Assembly (NCBI GenBank): GCA_029856145.1
Contig: JAHQWK010000002.1
Coordinates: 160,001 to 224,000 of the forward strand
Source: Promethearchaeia archaeon
Lineage (GTDB): Archaea > Asgardarchaeota > Lokiarchaeia > Sigyniarchaeales > SOKP01
Length of the DNA: 64,000 nucleotides
Direction: 5' to 3'
Below are positions 28,092-38,557 of the stretch, in pieces (the first letter of the stretch is position 1; every line of letters starts with the position of its first letter). The translations under genes and the position numbers were made by a program. The notes beneath the pieces were generated by a model. The model saw nothing but the letters and a program-made list of their open reading frames with translations, ran no database searches and was not told where the DNA came from.

Positions 28092-29852
28092 TCAATGAGT
28101 AAAATAACAATAGAGATGATCATCTTCACACTTTATAGGGTTAACAAATCCGAACCGTTCGAATTGAATTGTTTGGTTCATAGGTATTTCTAAAAGATTT
28201 AATTCCCCCTTTCCTTTTGATAAAATCCCGTCGGGATTTAAAATTGAAACATTAATATTTTCATCTTTGGGAACCCATTGTATAATTGAAAACTCTCGAT
28301 CTAATTCCTTACTATGATATGATGCAAAGATTGTATTTTTATTCAAATCAACGGAATTAATCTTGATATTCATCAAATCTTTTAACCGAACAACCTGATC
28401 CTTTTTAAAATTTTTCGCATCAGATAAAGCAATTAATATATTCGATTGGTTGTTTTTTATAATGCATCTTATGCTTCTTTTTCCTTTTTTTGGTTCAGTC
28501 GGATGTAAGAGTGGCTCTGCAATATATTCTTTTTCGGGAATGTTATCAATAATAGTTAATATTGGATTTTCAACATAAAAATATCTATTAGAGATTTCAT
28601 CTATAATATCTTGATTTTTCGAATACAACCAATTTACAGAAAATGTTATTCCTGATTGAGACATGCCCAGTTCTAATAAGGTTTGTCTTAAAGCTTCTGG
28701 TCTTATCCCACGTTTTTTAAGAGATTGTAAACTCCATGTCCTGGGGTCTTCCCATCCTTCATATTTTCCATTCTGAATATTATTTCTTGATTTTGTTTTA
28801 CTTAATTTCATATCAGCAAAATTAAGTCTTCCATAATAAAGTAATTCAGCTTTTCTCCAACCAAAATGATCCCAAATAAATTCCTCTATAATACCTTCTT
28901 TGACTAAATCGATACCTCTCAATATGTGAGTTGCACCTATTAAATAATCGTCAATTGCCCAGGAATATTCTAACATTGGCCACACAACATATTTATTACC
29001 TACTCTTGGATGTTCTGCTTCAGAAATCCTCATTATGATTTGATCTCTTAAAGCGGGATCTTTTTGATCCATTCCCGTTTTTAATCTTACTACAACATCA
29101 CCTTCAGAGTATTTTCTATTGAGCATAGCTTTCCATTCTTCTAAGTTTTTTTCAATCGTTTGATCCCGATGAGGGCAATTTATCTTTTGTTTCTTATATT
29201 TTTCCCGAAATTCGTCAGCAGAACAAAAACAAACATAAGTAATATTATCTTTAATTAATCTTTCGCAATAATCATAAAAAATATCTAATCTATCACTTTT
29301 ATAGAATATTTTGCTATATTTTACACCTAACCATTCTAAACCGTCTTTTATTAATTCATAAGCTTCTGGTAAAACATATTTAGCTTTAGGACTATCCCGT
29401 AATGATTTAGGACTCCCAATTGTATCATCATAAAAAAGAATAAGTTCACCATTATATTTTTTAATATACTCATGGTTTAATATGATCATTCTAGCATTTC
29501 CTATGTGTAATGCACCACTCGGGTAAGGGGCTAAACGCATAATAATTTTTTCAAATTTAGTAAGGTTATGTAATTCTGGTAATTCTTTTTTTTCTTCTAA
29601 CTTTTCTTTTCTATCCAAGGCGTGAGGATCCAACTTTAATAACTGTTTTTTTTGTTCCTCAACTGTTAATTTTAAAATTTCATCTATAACTTGATCCAGT
29701 ATGGGTTTAATACCTTTAGTTTGGGTTCTTAAATCAGGTCTAGAAGCGATTATTTTTTTCATAATTGCCTTTTTGTCTGGGTGTCCATTAAATTCTACAG
29801 CATTTTTCAAACTATATAACCAAACCATTTGCTTAATATCTCTATCAGACAT
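28092..29852 (-). CDS. gltX: glutamate--tRNA ligase (archaeal type)
   Basis: RLAPYPSGALHIGNAR, THILRG, KLSKT, WEDPR, QFERFGF. Confidence 0.96.
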   Translation of the reverse strand: MSDRDIKQMVWLYSLKNAVEFNGHPDKKAIMKKIIASRPDLRTQTKGIKPILDQVIDEILKLTVEEQKKQLLKLDPHALDRKEKLEEKKELPELHNLTKFEKIIMRLAPYPSGALHIGNARMIILNHEYIKKYNGELILFYDDTIGSPKSLRDSPKAKYVLPEAYELIKDGLEWLGVKYSKIFYKSDRLDIFYDYCERLIKDNITYVCFCSADEFREKYKKQKINCPHRDQTIEKNLEEWKAMLNRKYSEGDVVVRLKTGMDQKDPALRDQIIMRISEAEHPRVGNKYVVWPMLEYSWAIDDYLIGATHILRGIDLVKEGIIEEFIWDHFGWRKAELLYYGRLNFADMKLSKTKSRNNIQNGKYEGWEDPRTWSLQSLKKRGIRPEALRQTLLELGMSQSGITFSVNWLYSKNQDIIDEISNRYFYVENPILTIIDNIPEKEYIAEPLLHPTEPKKGKRSIRCIIKNNQSNILIALSDAKNFKKDQVVRLKDLMNIKINSVDLNKNTIFASYHSKELDREFSIIQWVPKDENINVSILNPDGILSKGKGELNLLEIPMNQTIQFERFGFVNPIKCEDDHLYCYFTH

Positions 29853-29920
29853 CTATGGTAATCATCTAATTTTGTTTCTTCTAAAAATATTAAATATTAA
29901 AAATTAATTTAAAATAAATT

Positions 29921-30886
29921 TCATAATTTAGAAAGGTTTTGAATGATTTCATTAGTTTCTTTCATGATTCGTTCAATTAAATCTTTAACTGTAGGTATAT
30001 CGTGAATAAGACCTACACCCTGACCAACAGAAACTACACCAACATCTAAATTGCCTTCATCATACATTAACCTTGATTTAGCTCCAGCAGCAGCATTAAA
30101 TATTTCCATTTGGTCACTTTTTGAAGTTTCTAATTCGAGAACTTTTTGTGCTGCTTGATTATTCCATACTCGATGAGTAGCATTAAGCGAACGCATAATA
30201 ATTATTGTATCATAGATTGTAGCATTTAAAAGAGCTTGTTTTAAGTTCTCATGAATGGGACATTCTTGTGTAGCTAAAAGACGAGTACCTATTAGTGCAG
30301 CTCCCGCTCCTAACGCTAATACTGCAGCTATACCTCTTCCATCCGAGATACCCCCTCCAGCTACAACAGGGATATCTAAAGCATCAATAGTAGCAGGTGT
30401 TAATACGAGTGTTCCAATATCAAAACGTCCTGTAGCACCCCCATTTTCCCAACCAACTACTTCTACAATATCAGCTCCTAATGAAGCGGCTTTTTTCGCA
30501 TATCTCACACCAGCACATTTGTGAATCCAAATTATATCATTTTTTTTGAATAAAGGAATATATTTATCCGGAGCTTGATGACCAGAAGTTTCAATAATCT
30601 TGACTCCTTCATCAATCATCACTTTAACTAAATCAATTTGCTTTATTGGTCTTAGCATAGGAAATAAATTTACATTTACTGCAACTGGTTTATCTGTTAA
30701 ATCTTTTAATTCGTTTAATGCTTGACGTAATGGTTCGGGTTTACGAAACATCACGGAAGCCAGAATTCCAAGGGCACCAGCATTTGAACAAGCAGCGGCA
30801 AATGAGGGATAACTAATATTCATCATATTTCCACAGAAAATTGGATATTTTATACCTAACATTTCTGTTACTTTTGTTTTTAACAT
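29921..30886 (-). CDS. nitronate monooxygenase / FabK-like flavin oxidoreductase
   Basis: TEMLGIKYPI, IPVVAGGGISDGRG, GTRLLATQE, GQGVGLI. Confidence 0.9.
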   Translation of the reverse strand: MLKTKVTEMLGIKYPIFCGNMMNISYPSFAAACSNAGALGILASVMFRKPEPLRQALNELKDLTDKPVAVNVNLFPMLRPIKQIDLVKVMIDEGVKIIETSGHQAPDKYIPLFKKNDIIWIHKCAGVRYAKKAASLGADIVEVVGWENGGATGRFDIGTLVLTPATIDALDIPVVAGGGISDGRGIAAVLALGAGAALIGTRLLATQECPIHENLKQALLNATIYDTIIIMRSLNATHRVWNNQAAQKVLELETSKSDQMEIFNAAAGAKSRLMYDEGNLDVGVVSVGQGVGLIHDIPTVKDLIERIMKETNEIIQNLSKL

Positions 30887-30988
30887 AAATCTACCACTTT
30901 TTTTAGAACATGTTATAAGAAATTAATATAATTAATAGAACTATTATTATAAAAAATATAAAATTTCATTTTATCAGATATCGCAATT

Positions 30989-31645
30989 TTACGCAAATAG
31001 ACTTATAATATCGGCGACGTTAATCTCTGTTAGATCTTTAATAATTAATTGAGCACCAAGAAGTTCTTCTTTATCATGTGTCGTTGTAAGGGCAATCGAA
31101 ATCATTCCCGCTCGTTTAGCTGCTTCTATACCAACTGGAGCATCTTCAATAACTAAACAATTTTTTGGATTGATGTTTAGGATTTTAGCAGCATTTAGAA
31201 ACACATCTGGTTCAGGCTTCCCATTCTTAACATCAGCTGCTGTAATAATAACGTCAAAATAAGCTTTGATTTTTAGCTGAGATAATAATAACTCCACATT
31301 TTCAGGTGGCCCACTTGAACCTACAGCCAATTTGAAGCCCTCTGATTCTAATTCTTTTATAATTCTTAATACCCCCGGCAAAGGTGTTAACTTTTCTCTT
31401 ACCATTTCCCGATAATATTGCTCTTTAAGACTAGCCCATTTTTCAACAATAACTTTATCTACTTCTGGACCTAATAATTTTCGAGTAATTGTGGGTGATT
31501 GTTGACCAAAGGTTTGTTCAAACATATCTCTTGTAAAATTTACACCAATTTCTGCTGCCATTTTAACCCAGCTTTCAAAATGAATGGGTCCAGTATCTGC
31601 TAGAACTCCATCCATATCGAAAATAACACAATAATCACTAAACAT
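30989..31645 (-). CDS. HAD-family phosphatase (beta-phosphoglucomutase-like)
   Basis: FDMDGVL, GKPEPD, IEDAPVG. Confidence 0.9.
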   Translation of the reverse strand: MFSDYCVIFDMDGVLADTGPIHFESWVKMAAEIGVNFTRDMFEQTFGQQSPTITRKLLGPEVDKVIVEKWASLKEQYYREMVREKLTPLPGVLRIIKELESEGFKLAVGSSGPPENVELLLSQLKIKAYFDVIITAADVKNGKPEPDVFLNAAKILNINPKNCLVIEDAPVGIEAAKRAGMISIALTTTHDKEELLGAQLIIKDLTEINVADIISLFA

Positions 31646-31725
31646 AGTTTTAACTATAAAGAACAATTAGATAATTTTTATAGAGAATCATTAATTTTTA
31701 AGAATTACAAATAGAAAATTATAAT

Positions 31726-31830
31726 AGTCCGGTAGTCTAGTATGGATAGGGCGCTGGCTTGCGGAGCCAGATATCGAGGGTTCAAACCTCTTAGCATATA
31801 GCAAGGAGGGAATATATCCCCCCCGGGCTA
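31726..31830 (+). tRNA. tRNA-Arg(GCG) with a 30-nt BHB intron (31786-31815) in the T loop, position 58/59
   Basis: Acceptor AGTCCGG/CCGGGCT; anticodon arm CTGGC-TTGCGGA-GCCAG; splicing restores TTCAAAT; BHB with GTTC/GAAT helix, bulges AAA and ATA, inner stem CCTCTT/AGGAGG; CCA not encoded. Confidence 0.92.
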
Positions 31831-31867
31831 CTAACTTTTAAATTACTTGGTTAATATTTAATTTAAT

Positions 31868-32638
31868 TTACTCAATAATATCTAAGATTTCTAAAATATT
31901 ATTGATTTTTCGTAGATTTGATACATTAATTTCCTTTTCAAAGGGGAATTTATATTTTCTTTCAAGTAAAATTGATTGTATATTGGCTCTTTTGGCACCA
32001 ATAATATCGGCATATTCATCTCCACACATAATTACTGAATTAGCATGATCCTTTAATCCCATCTGTTCGAGAGTGTAGAGAAATATGTTAGGATCTGGTT
32101 TTCTTTTTCCATATTTAGCAGATGTCAGAATAAATTCAAAAAATTTTGCTAAGTCATGTTTTTTTAACATATTTTCTATAGTCTGGTGATTAGGATGATT
32201 GGAAATTAAAGCAACTTTTACATTTTTTTTTGTTAATATTTCTAATGTTTCTCTTGTGTTTTCAAAGGGTTCCCACTCATCTTCCTCGCAAGAATGGTAA
32301 ATATCAGCTAATTTATCATATGTATTCAAATCTATATTATCAATATTATTGATAATGTGTTCTTCTCTAAGCGATTCTAATACATTTTGAAAAATCAACG
32401 ATGTTGGAAATTCAGTTTTAGTTTTAATGCTTTTTCTAAAAAAATGTTGTCTACTTTTAGCAAATTTCTTAACAAACGACTCGTTCGATAATTCTTCACT
32501 CCAGACTCGCTTTTCTTTCAAAATGTCAATGGATTTCAACAATCCTTTTTTAAAACATTCATAATATCTTTCAACCGAAGGATTGTCAAAGTAGAATAGG
32601 GTAAAGCCAAAATCAAAAATAATTCCTTTAACGGTCAT
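31868..32638 (-). CDS. HAD-family hydrolase
   Basis: IFDFGFTL, ISN, RKPDP, GDEYADI. Confidence 0.85.
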   Translation of the reverse strand: MTVKGIIFDFGFTLFYFDNPSVERYYECFKKGLLKSIDILKEKRVWSEELSNESFVKKFAKSRQHFFRKSIKTKTEFPTSLIFQNVLESLREEHIINNIDNIDLNTYDKLADIYHSCEEDEWEPFENTRETLEILTKKNVKVALISNHPNHQTIENMLKKHDLAKFFEFILTSAKYGKRKPDPNIFLYTLEQMGLKDHANSVIMCGDEYADIIGAKRANIQSILLERKYKFPFEKEINVSNLRKINNILEILDIIE

Positions 32639-32776
32639 ATTGTTAATAATTATAAAAATTGATTCGTAATTTTAATTTATCTAAAATAAAATGTAAGTAA
32701 GACAGATTCGTTTCTGTTAAATACTTAATAACAAACAAATTATTAATATAGGTATTTAATATAACTGAGAACCAAG

Positions 32777-33310
32777 ATGTCGATCGATAAATGGCTTGAT
32801 GAAAAGGGTTCAAAAGAAGAAAGAATTAAAAGAGAGAAAGCGTTTAAACAGCTTACGAAAGAGGAGGTTCAGGAGTTAAAAAAGAAGAAAGTTCGAGATA
32901 TGGTTAAAAAAGAGGTAGAAAAAACGAGTGAAAATACTGAAAGAGAGAAATTTTTACAACAAGTAATTGAATTTAAAGACTGGTTAAACAAGAGAACTTA
33001 TCTAAAAGGAGATTTTGAAAAAATTGAAATGTGGATAAAAAATTTAAATTCAATAGTAACCTTATCATCCGAGCGGAGGGAAAAATCAGCACTTTATAAT
33101 GAGAAAAAGAAATTAATTGAAAAATATAAAGAAATTCCACCGAAATTCTTAGATGAGAAAATACGAGTTGCTATAAATAAATTAATACATGGTGCAAAAA
33201 GAACAAATTCAGATAATTATTATATAAGGAAATTAAAAAGCACCCTTAAGGAAAAACTAAAAGAAGCGGAATATTACAATATATTAGATAAATTAATTAA
33301 GATATTATGA
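32777..33310 (+). CDS. hypothetical helical, highly charged protein
   Basis: 177-aa ORF with ATG start, MSIDKWL. Confidence 0.6.
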   Translation: MSIDKWLDEKGSKEERIKREKAFKQLTKEEVQELKKKKVRDMVKKEVEKTSENTEREKFLQQVIEFKDWLNKRTYLKGDFEKIEMWIKNLNSIVTLSSERREKSALYNEKKKLIEKYKEIPPKFLDEKIRVAINKLIHGAKRTNSDNYYIRKLKSTLKEKLKEAEYYNILDKLIKIL

Positions 33311-33397
33311 AATTATAAGGAAATTTCAAAATACTTTTTATTTTATCAAGTTTTATAATTTTTATATTAAAAATCAGACCCCAGATTTCTATATTAA

Positions 33398-34486
33398 ATG
33401 TGGCTTATATGTCCTATTGCTGGCGTTGGCAAAAGATTACAACCTTTTACGTATTCTAAGCCAAAGGCTTTCTTGAAGATCGCAGGGAAAAGGTTAATCG
33501 ATCATATTCTTATAAAGTTGAAAAATTCATTTCCAAAAGGTACTAACATTTGCTTTATTGTTGGTTATAAAAAAAGGCAAATAGCAGAGTATCTTAAAAA
33601 AAAACATTCAGATTATTTTAATCTCCATTTTATAGAACAAAAACCATTAGGATATGAAGCAGATACACCATTTTTTAGTGGGCTTGGAGATGCGATTTTA
33701 TTAGCCAAAGATCTTGCTTTAAATGACGATTGCTTTGTATTTTTAAGCGATAGACTTCCTATAGAGGATTATTCACAAATTTTATTACATTTTCATCAGG
33801 ATATTTGTGATGGAGTAATAAATGTTAAACAAGTAAAGAATCCTCAGTTTTACGGTGTAATTGAATTGGATGGAACTGGAATTGTTAAAAATATCGTTGA
33901 GAAACCAAATAAACCTAAATCAAATTATGCCGTATCAGGAGTGTATCTTTTCGGAATGAGTATGACCCCACGATTATTTGAGTCATTAGAGGAACAGAGT
34001 AAAATTCCATTAGAAAACGGTCAAGAACATACCATTACACCAATTATTCAACAACTAATTGAAGAAGGTTTTAAACTAAAAATCAATGAAATGAAAAAAG
34101 ATATATTAGATTTTGGACGACCTGAGAGTTTAATAGCTGGCAATCGTCTATTATTAGAAGAAGTAAAGATTCAGGATCCCACATATGAGAAATTATTTCA
34201 ATCTGGTAATATAATCGATTCAAAAATCGTTCCTCCCGTTTATATTGGAGAGAATAGTAAAATTTCTGATTCTGTTATAGGTCCAAATGTATCTATTGGA
34301 GATAACGTAGTTTTAGATAAATGTATTTTATCTGAATCTGTTATTGGTGATGGAGCTAATTTGAAAAAGATAATATCTTCTGAGAGTATTGTAGGAGATT
34401 TTACAATTTTAGAGGATTTAATCAAGAAAAGTATTATTATAGGAGATTCTTCTTATATTACTACTTCTAATATGAAATCATTTTGA
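33398..34486 (+). CDS. sugar-phosphate nucleotidyltransferase with C-terminal left-handed beta-helix
   Basis: AGVGKRLQPFT..PK, VEKP, DFGRPE, hexapeptide repeats. Confidence 0.9.
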   Translation: MWLICPIAGVGKRLQPFTYSKPKAFLKIAGKRLIDHILIKLKNSFPKGTNICFIVGYKKRQIAEYLKKKHSDYFNLHFIEQKPLGYEADTPFFSGLGDAILLAKDLALNDDCFVFLSDRLPIEDYSQILLHFHQDICDGVINVKQVKNPQFYGVIELDGTGIVKNIVEKPNKPKSNYAVSGVYLFGMSMTPRLFESLEEQSKIPLENGQEHTITPIIQQLIEEGFKLKINEMKKDILDFGRPESLIAGNRLLLEEVKIQDPTYEKLFQSGNIIDSKIVPPVYIGENSKISDSVIGPNVSIGDNVVLDKCILSESVIGDGANLKKIISSESIVGDFTILEDLIKKSIIIGDSSYITTSNMKSF

Positions 34487-34523
34487 ATAAAAAAAAAAGA
34501 AAAGACTTCATTAAATTTGAGAC

Positions 34524-35948
34524 CTAATTAAAATTTGGTCTTTTTTTTTGCCAAGGAGCTATTTCTTCAAAAGCTTGTGAAACTTGTAATACGAGCAAAT
34601 CATTGAACCTATTCCCAATTATTTGCATTCCCGTCGGTAATCCTTCATTAGACCAACCACAAGGAATGGATGCTGCTGGATGACCTGTTAAATTAAACGG
34701 GAAAGAAAATGGCATCCATGCAGTGGGTGATACATTTTTTTCATTGATTTTTGGTGGATACATAATTCCTAATTCAAAAGGAGGAATAGCTATTGTAGGG
34801 GTTATTAAAATATCATAATTTTTGAAAAATTTATAAAATGTCTCATAAATTTTGGTACGTTGACTCATGGCTTTCATTACATCAAGAGCTGAATAACCAA
34901 TTCCCGCGTCAACCATTCTAACCAATTCAGGATCCATTTTTTCTCTCCAATCCTTTAATTTTGGTTTTAAATCAAACGCATAATCCGCTGTATATAATGT
35001 GTAAAAAGGTATTTCTGGTTTTCTCATTTTAAAATTCACATTTTCAACGCTCCAACCTAATTCTGCAAATTTTTCAGCGGAGTTAGTAACATTTCTCGCA
35101 ACATCAGGGTCAATTATTTTTGCATAGCCTAAATCTAAGGAATAGCCAATTTTTAATTTCTCTGGTTTTTTTGAAATATTATCTAGATAGCTAATTTTTT
35201 CCTCTGGTAAGCTATATCTATCTCCATCATGAGGTCCTTTTATAGTATCCAACATCAAAGCTGCGTCTCTTACATATCTAACTATAGGACCTACATGAAC
35301 ATAAGATTCAGCATGAAGCTCTATTCTAGGATATACTGGAACTCTCCCTAGACTTGGCTTATGCCCAAAAACACCACAACAACTGGCAGGAATTCTTATT
35401 GAACCACCACCATCATTTCCTAAAGTAATTGGGCCTAAACCTGAAGCTACAGCTGCAGCTCCACCTCCAGTTGATCCACCTGGTATTCTATCTGTATTCC
35501 AAGGATTCCGAGATTCACCAAATACAAGATTATGAGTAACACCGGCATACCCAAATTCGGGTGTATTTGTTTTTCCAAGAAGTACAATTCCTGCTTTTTT
35601 TAAACGTTTTACGACGACTTCATCATTCTTAGGAACATTGTGTTCATAGATCATACTTCCAAAAGTAGTTCTAATATCTTTAGTCAAAAATAAATCTTTA
35701 ATAGAAGTTGGAACACCATGTAATAACCCCAGTTTTTCACCCTTTTTAACAGCTTCATCTGCTTTTTTTGCCATTTCCCTTGCGGTATCGAAGGTAGGAG
35801 TGCAGTATGCATTAATTATAGGATTAATTTTTTCGATCCTTTCGATTATAACTTCAGTAATTTCTTGTGAAGTTAATTCTTGTCTTAGTATAGCATCTTT
35901 CATGTCACAAGCAGACATAAAACAAATATCTTCTTTATTCATTTTCAT
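34524..35948 (-). CDS. amidase signature family protein
   Basis: IKDL, GKTNTPEF, GGSTGG, GNDGGGSIRIPA. Confidence 0.93.
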   Translation of the reverse strand: MKMNKEDICFMSACDMKDAILRQELTSQEITEVIIERIEKINPIINAYCTPTFDTAREMAKKADEAVKKGEKLGLLHGVPTSIKDLFLTKDIRTTFGSMIYEHNVPKNDEVVVKRLKKAGIVLLGKTNTPEFGYAGVTHNLVFGESRNPWNTDRIPGGSTGGGAAAVASGLGPITLGNDGGGSIRIPASCCGVFGHKPSLGRVPVYPRIELHAESYVHVGPIVRYVRDAALMLDTIKGPHDGDRYSLPEEKISYLDNISKKPEKLKIGYSLDLGYAKIIDPDVARNVTNSAEKFAELGWSVENVNFKMRKPEIPFYTLYTADYAFDLKPKLKDWREKMDPELVRMVDAGIGYSALDVMKAMSQRTKIYETFYKFFKNYDILITPTIAIPPFELGIMYPPKINEKNVSPTAWMPFSFPFNLTGHPAASIPCGWSNEGLPTGMQIIGNRFNDLLVLQVSQAFEEIAPWQKKRPNFN

Positions 35949-36085
35949 CTTTAATTTAAAAAGTTATTTTAGGATAAATTGGGATTTTAACTAATATAAA
36001 AATTACTCTTTAAAATGATAAACATGCTTCAAAATCGTAAAAATTTTTAGTTTAAGATAGAAGATAAATACTTATTTTAATTATT

Positions 36086-36493
36086 TTAAAATTTAAAATC
36101 AGATTGCCATTTTTTATATCCCATTTGCCATAGTTTCAATCTTGGTTTGTCTACTTTATTATCTACTTCAATCCCAGGTTTAGGATTACTCATCAATTTA
36201 CGATATCGAGAATAATATTCATCTGCACTCGGGTTCCCTTTAATTAAATCTAAAATTGCTTTTTCAGTGAAGTATAAAATTAAATCTGGTTTAACATTAG
36301 GGTTGTTTTTTGTGAGTTCTAATTCATTCTCTTTCTTTTTATATAAAAAGTAATGTAGTTTGAAATCTTCTTCATAAGTAGAATTTTCAGTAATAATATA
36401 TTCCCAACAAGCATTTACCTTAAGATGCCTCATTAAATCTAAAGTCACTTGAAAATAAGTTTTTAATTTCTCATACAATTCTTCTTTATCCAT
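36086..36493 (-). CDS. hypothetical protein, possible SCP2-like fold
   Basis: KPDLILYFTEKAILDLIKG; similar C-terminus to 38060-38539. Confidence 0.5.
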   Translation of the reverse strand: MDKEELYEKLKTYFQVTLDLMRHLKVNACWEYIITENSTYEEDFKLHYFLYKKKENELELTKNNPNVKPDLILYFTEKAILDLIKGNPSADEYYSRYRKLMSNPKPGIEVDNKVDKPRLKLWQMGYKKWQSDFKF

Positions 36494-36505
36494 CGCGTAC
36501 TCTAG

Positions 36506-37999
36506 CTATTTTATTTTCTTTAAATTTAATGGAGTCCCATCATAGATATATTTTCCATAAACTAATTCTTGAGGGTAATATTTACAACCCGCGGGATAAG
36601 CAGAATCTTTAATGCCGCCTAGTGAAACAGTAATGTCAACCAGCATAGGTCTGGCATTTATGTAAATATTCGCAGCTTCTAATTCATTCTTAAAAATCTC
36701 AATATTTTTCAAGTTAGATGTATAAACAACTGCTCGCATACCATAATTACTCGCATTTGCTAACCTTATTGCATCTTTCATATCGTTAGCTTTAGTAATA
36801 GAACGAACTGGTCCAAAAGCCTCTTCTCGCCACAAAAATGGAGCTTTAGTTAAATCTTCACATAATTCAGGTTTTATTTCTACCAAAGTAGGTTTGTAAA
36901 ATAACCCATAATCTTCACCCGTATCGACTTTCTCACCACCTGTGTAAATTTTAGCGTCGTATTTTTTTGCATCAGCTACCATTACCTCCATCATCATCAA
37001 GATTCTCCTACTTCCCAATGGACCAATATCTACATCAGGATCGGTGGGATCTCCATATTTTAACTTTTCAATTTCTTTCATAAGACATTCTACATATTCG
37101 TCGTATATATCTTTGTGGACTATAATTCGCTTCATCGAGAAGCATTGTTGTCCAGAATTAGTATAACTAGCCATTGCATTCCATTTAGCTACTAGTTCTA
37201 AATTTACATCATCCATAACTATTCCCGCGTCGTTTCCCGCACATTCGAAAAAGAATTGTTTAAATGGCTGAGTATACATAGGAACTCCCATTGATTTATC
37301 AACAGTTTTCTTCAGGAATCTACCATAACGAACTAAGATATCTTTTGCTGTATGAGACGCTGTAATCGTCATCAAAGTTTTGATTAAAGGAGATTGGAGA
37401 AATTCATCCACTGCCCATTCCCCAGGAGCTATAACCAAACCTAAAGCCCCGAGAGCAGGAAGATCCATTTCTTCCATTATAGAATAAGCTTCTAACATAG
37501 TTAATGGACAAGCTGTGGATGGTTTAACGATGGCTCCATTACCAACTAAATAATTGGCGCCCAATTGATAAAGTGGTAGACTTATAGGAGTATTACGAGG
37601 AGAAATGCATGCTGCTAAACCATGAGGAATATATCTTATTCTGGCGAGTTGTTCTCCTTCTATGCTTGTTAAAGGTTTTTCCTCTATAAATTGATAATAC
37701 CAATCACAGAATTTGAAACCATTAGTTACAATATTCAATTCCCATTCCGAATATTTGATTGGTAGTCCCCCTTCTGCTACAATCAAGTCTTTTAATTGTT
37801 TTTTTTTGAATCGTAATTTACTTGCAAATTTAGAAAGGAGTTGGGCTCGTTCAAAAAAATCCATTTCATTTAGCAAATGTTGATTTTTATGAATTTTCTT
37901 TATTTTTTCTCGAACTGTTTCTGGTGTGTCCGCAGGAATAGTTCTTATAATTTCACCAGTGTATTTATTTTTTATTTCCAATTCTTGAACTTTTGACAT
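36506..37999 (-). CDS. aldehyde dehydrogenase family protein (divergent motifs)
   Basis: SPRNTP, VKPS, FECAGND, NSGQQC, EEAFGPV, NASNYGM. Confidence 0.88.
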   Translation of the reverse strand: MSKVQELEIKNKYTGEIIRTIPADTPETVREKIKKIHKNQHLLNEMDFFERAQLLSKFASKLRFKKKQLKDLIVAEGGLPIKYSEWELNIVTNGFKFCDWYYQFIEEKPLTSIEGEQLARIRYIPHGLAACISPRNTPISLPLYQLGANYLVGNGAIVKPSTACPLTMLEAYSIMEEMDLPALGALGLVIAPGEWAVDEFLQSPLIKTLMTITASHTAKDILVRYGRFLKKTVDKSMGVPMYTQPFKQFFFECAGNDAGIVMDDVNLELVAKWNAMASYTNSGQQCFSMKRIIVHKDIYDEYVECLMKEIEKLKYGDPTDPDVDIGPLGSRRILMMMEVMVADAKKYDAKIYTGGEKVDTGEDYGLFYKPTLVEIKPELCEDLTKAPFLWREEAFGPVRSITKANDMKDAIRLANASNYGMRAVVYTSNLKNIEIFKNELEAANIYINARPMLVDITVSLGGIKDSAYPAGCKYYPQELVYGKYIYDGTPLNLKKIK

Positions 38000-38059
38000 A
38001 TATTCTAATTACCTTTTTAATCATTAATGTTAATTTTAAAATCAGCTTTAAAAAAAGTT

Positions 38060-38539
38060 TCATTTACTATCTATATCATCATCATTTTCGAGGATACCTG
38101 CAGTTTGAGCAAATTTACCATAACCCATATCAATTAGGATTTGCGTTCTTTTATGTAAAACAAAATCAATCCATCCTTTTTTCTCGTCTGGATCGTTATA
38201 AAAAGATCCTAAAAGTTGAGCATATTCTACCTTCGTATCTGTTTGTATTAATTTTTCAACTGCATCTATCGAGAGTGCTAATTCCAAATCTGAGTCAACA
38301 GCGCTCCCCGGTTTTATTTCAATCCCATTTCCATTTCGATAGACATTAAAAATATCTACGGGAGAAACCTTATCATAGGCTTCAAGTGAATCGTAAAGGG
38401 CAAAATCAAAGTCTGACCCATTAACTAGATCAGAAAAAATTTCAGGATATTTTGCTAGAAATGTGGTGTATTTTTTTGCAATTTCTGTCTTATATGCTTT
38501 TTTATCGATAATTTGACTCGTCATTTCTTCTTCTAACAT
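38060..38539 (-). CDS. hypothetical protein, possible SCP2-like fold
   Basis: GIEIKPGSAVDSDLELALSIDAVEKLI; resembles 36086-36493. Confidence 0.5.
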   Translation of the reverse strand: MLEEEMTSQIIDKKAYKTEIAKKYTTFLAKYPEIFSDLVNGSDFDFALYDSLEAYDKVSPVDIFNVYRNGNGIEIKPGSAVDSDLELALSIDAVEKLIQTDTKVEYAQLLGSFYNDPDEKKGWIDFVLHKRTQILIDMGYGKFAQTAGILENDDDIDSK

Positions 38540-38557
38540 TTTTGTATTTAACTCTTC

